Assembly (NCBI GenBank): GCA_973895155.1
Contig: OZ316898.1
Location: 15,716,330 to 15,780,329 of the forward strand
Length of the DNA stretch: 64,000 nt
Direction: 5' to 3'
From: Marsupella aquatica
Taxonomy: Eukaryota > Plantae > Marchantiophyta
In this document: piece by piece, positions 61,001-64,000 of the stretch
How the letters are laid out: every line of letters starts with the position of its first letter
How positions within the stretch are numbered: position 1 is the first letter of the stretch
The notes under the pieces: generated by a model
Database searches by the model: none
Seen by the model: the letters and a program-made list of their open reading frames with translations, nothing else
What the model was told of the DNA's origin: nothing
Position numbers and translations under genes: made by a program

Positions 61001-64000
61001 TGTGTTACATCAAGGATGAGACTCTGGGATTTCGATCGGACCAAATACATAGCACAGTATGAGCGTGTGAAGACAAGGGTGTGAAATTCTAATGAGAAGG
61101 AAGGGGTGATAGGAGCTGCTGTTGTATGCTAACAAAAGCAAATATCAAGAAATATATGCTAAAAACTCGGTGTTCATTCCCGTGGAAGAACAATAATGGG
61201 ATGCTAAGATGTTTTAAAGTGTTTTCAATTGAGGTTTAGAGATGGTACTCAAAATCTTAAAGAAAAGCAGAATCTTAAATAAAATATAGGCAATTAATAA
61301 AATAGGAGCAAAAGTGACATTTGCTAAAAAATAGAATCTTAGAGCTTTTAGAGGTATAGTTTGGCAATTTTTAACTCCATCACCATGTCTTAAGAAAAAG
61401 CTATGGTATTATTTAGGACGTTGATAAATCAAACATAACCTTGCTATAACTGCTCTCTAGGTTTCTATCATAATTCTAAGTTTAAGAAGTGTCTATGCTC
61501 ACAAAATCCAAGATAAGTTTTGGATTGTGTGTATAGTAGTGTGTCAATAAAATGCCAGCTACATGTTTTCTTCTTCAGCGATGCGCAATTCCAAAGGAAA
61601 ACTAATTATGCACATTCATTATACCACAATGGTGCTTCAAATCCGTGAATTAAGAATGTCGCTACTTCTTAATATATAGATTTTTCTTTCTTAATTACAT
61701 GCAATACTTATTTTCCAAAGATAAGTCCTTCATGCAAAAGACAGAAATTGACAATAAATGTTGTACTTTGAATTAGGCACCGACCAACAAATCTTCTAAT
61801 ACAAACAACAAGTTGAATTTTTATGGGTTTTACTTCCTACGGCAATTGCAACATGCATTACCATACAAAGGAGTGGTAGACTCCTAACACAAGTAATCAA
61901 ATTTCAAGGTACACAATCTTCCTTGCAAAAGTGCATTACAAATACAAAGGAGAAACTCCAAGATGAGGAGATGCAAATAACTATCCATAGTCTCAAAACG
62001 AGACTGGTATCACAATAAGTACATCAAATTGCCCACTGGCTAAGGAGGATGAAGATACATGCCTTTTCATTTCCTAAGTCTAAACTAAGTGAAATAAAAG
62101 TCAACTTTGACTAAAAGGTAGTCAAGAAGTCAAAACTAGAATAAGCTAAGTAAAAAGTCTACAAGACAAAGTACTAATCTCATAGTGTAATAGAAGGGGG
62201 GTCAACTACATAAAGGAAGGCAAGCTACAAAACCAAGGGCTATTTTTCCTTTAGCCTTCTGTCCCTTAAAATATTGTCGACGAAAAAGGTCCTCACGATA
62301 ACGAATAAGTCGTGGCTCACTGGTCTTCCAAATGGGATGTCCATCTGGTGTGATCCAAACAAAGTAATCTGATGGCCATGGAATGTCTGGGACTGGAAGA
62401 GAAAAAGGTGCAATGACCTTTCTACAATGATAAACGCAACTCCACAAGTCAGGGGTCTCAATCTCTGGCAGTCGCAGCTTGTCGATAGGAAGCCATAGAA
62501 TACCATGAGAAACCAGAACTGTGTCATAGTATGTGGAAAAGGAAAAGACTCACATCCAAACATAGGTGGAGGTGAGGGAGGTGCAAGAGGAATGCGTGCG
62601 TCAATGAGTGACGTGATCATCTTAGCAAACTCGGAGGGAAAAACAAAAAATGGCTCAATATTGGCAATAGAAGAGACAATAGGAGGCTGAGACATTAGGG
62701 GTGTAGGAGCTACAAATGGTACACTGGGAGGCTCTATAGTCTTAGGCTCAGGCTCGGAAATAGGCTCGGGAATGGGTTCATTTTCTTCCCCGGTAGGAGA
62801 AGGAAATGAAACGTCAGGGAGTGGGTACTAGTGAAGGGGGTAAAGGCTCAAGGGTAGGAGATGGAGGGTGCTCAGGTGGTAGATGTAGGAGGGATAGGTG
62901 AATCAACAATGGGAGAAGGAATGAGATTGGGTAAAAGGGGTGTAGGTGTGGATGGAAGAGGGAGTGAAGGGTCAACAATAGGTACCTCCGGCTCATCTAC
63001 ATCCATAGGGTGGTTAGGCTACGATGAAGGTGCAGGGGGTGAAACATGAAGAAGTGGGGTGGAACAAGACTTGGAAATCAAGCACGAATACAGTCAAGTA
63101 ACTGCATAGGAGTACTACTCGAAAGTCTAGTGACCTCATCTACCAAATGCTGGTTGAAACCAGCCACACTAGCTCGTTGCTCGACATCACCAACAAAATC
63201 AGTCTACGATGTGTAAGAGATGGAAGCAACAAAAGAGGGCTCCAAAGTCATCCCTGGCAGGCCTGGTGCTGTCATCTGTTCCATTGGAGGGGGTCTCGGT
63301 GAAATTGTGGGCAATGGAGTCAACTCTCTTGCTAACTCTGGTTGAGGAAGCTCAAAGTGTCTCACTCTCCTCCTCCAATTGCTCAGCTCCACTAGTAACA
63401 AGTAGCCTCTCGAAAGTGAATGTACGCCAAGTAGGGTGTCAAATAGGTATCACTGGTAGTAGTCACGACAACCACCGGGGTATTTACAAAAGACAGGAAC
63501 TAGGAAACAATAACAAGAAACAGTTACTGTTACCAGGAGAATTGGAGGTAAAAACCAAAAACATCGGACCAAAAAAAGGATTCCAAACAATCAAAATTAA
63601 AGCCCATTTGAGTCATTTTCATTAAAACCGTCTCATTCTGGAGGAAATATCCCGTCGGGTAGTTCGACCCAAATTTGCGACGATTACCAGCGCCCAGCGC
63701 TGGTATCAATGAAACAAATGGAAAGGTTGTAGGGTTTCATAGAAGAAGGAAAGAGTCAACAAAAATCCGAGAAGACAATGAGCGGCTGAAAACAAGGCAA
63801 TTCAAATCAACAGAGGCAGGGTCATACAACAACAAAATCCGGATGTCGTTGCTAGCTTAAACCTCAAAATCCCAAAATCCATGTTTAACGCCATCGAAAG
63901 GAAAACCAGACATTGGAGATTGAGCCGATCCAAAATTCATTTACTTCAAAAATGGGCGGAAACATATCACCGAGATTACATGGGCGAAGGAAAGCAATGA

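Noticed and set aside
61000-64000. Possible degenerate minus-strand TE gene
   Set aside because: Only short Pro-rich frames with no recognisable motif; cannot be supported.

Overview
Eukaryotic, most likely land-plant, repeat-dense DNA made almost entirely of nested transposable elements; no ordinary host gene is evident. The main finding is a non-chromovirus Ty3/Gypsy family (family A) whose ~4.6-kb LTRs each contain a ~1,110-1,120-aa sense-strand ORF. It occurs as a complete copy at 44598-60065 (+; LTRs 4622 bp, TSD ATCAT) and a copy at 624-11014 (-) cut in its integrase by another insertion. Two ~4-kb solo LTRs of a second family (B; 19914-23929 and 38802-42687), with no evident DNA similarity to A, carry a homologous, now broken, ~900-aa ORF, so the LTR-borne gene appears to be a conserved lineage feature. 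Family A has Gag-PR and RT-RH-IN in different frames, joined by a candidate -1 frameshift cassette (G_GAU_UUU plus stem-loop/pseudoknot). Between these elements lie a decayed CACTA transposon, a putative large DNA-transposon segment (transposase-like fragment, ParB-like plus degenerate DNA-methyltransferase-like gene, Ulp1 protease, FCP1-like phosphatase) marked by a dispersed 21-bp palindrome, a 2-kb solo LTR, a MITE and minisatellites. All domain calls are by motif recognition, not database search.
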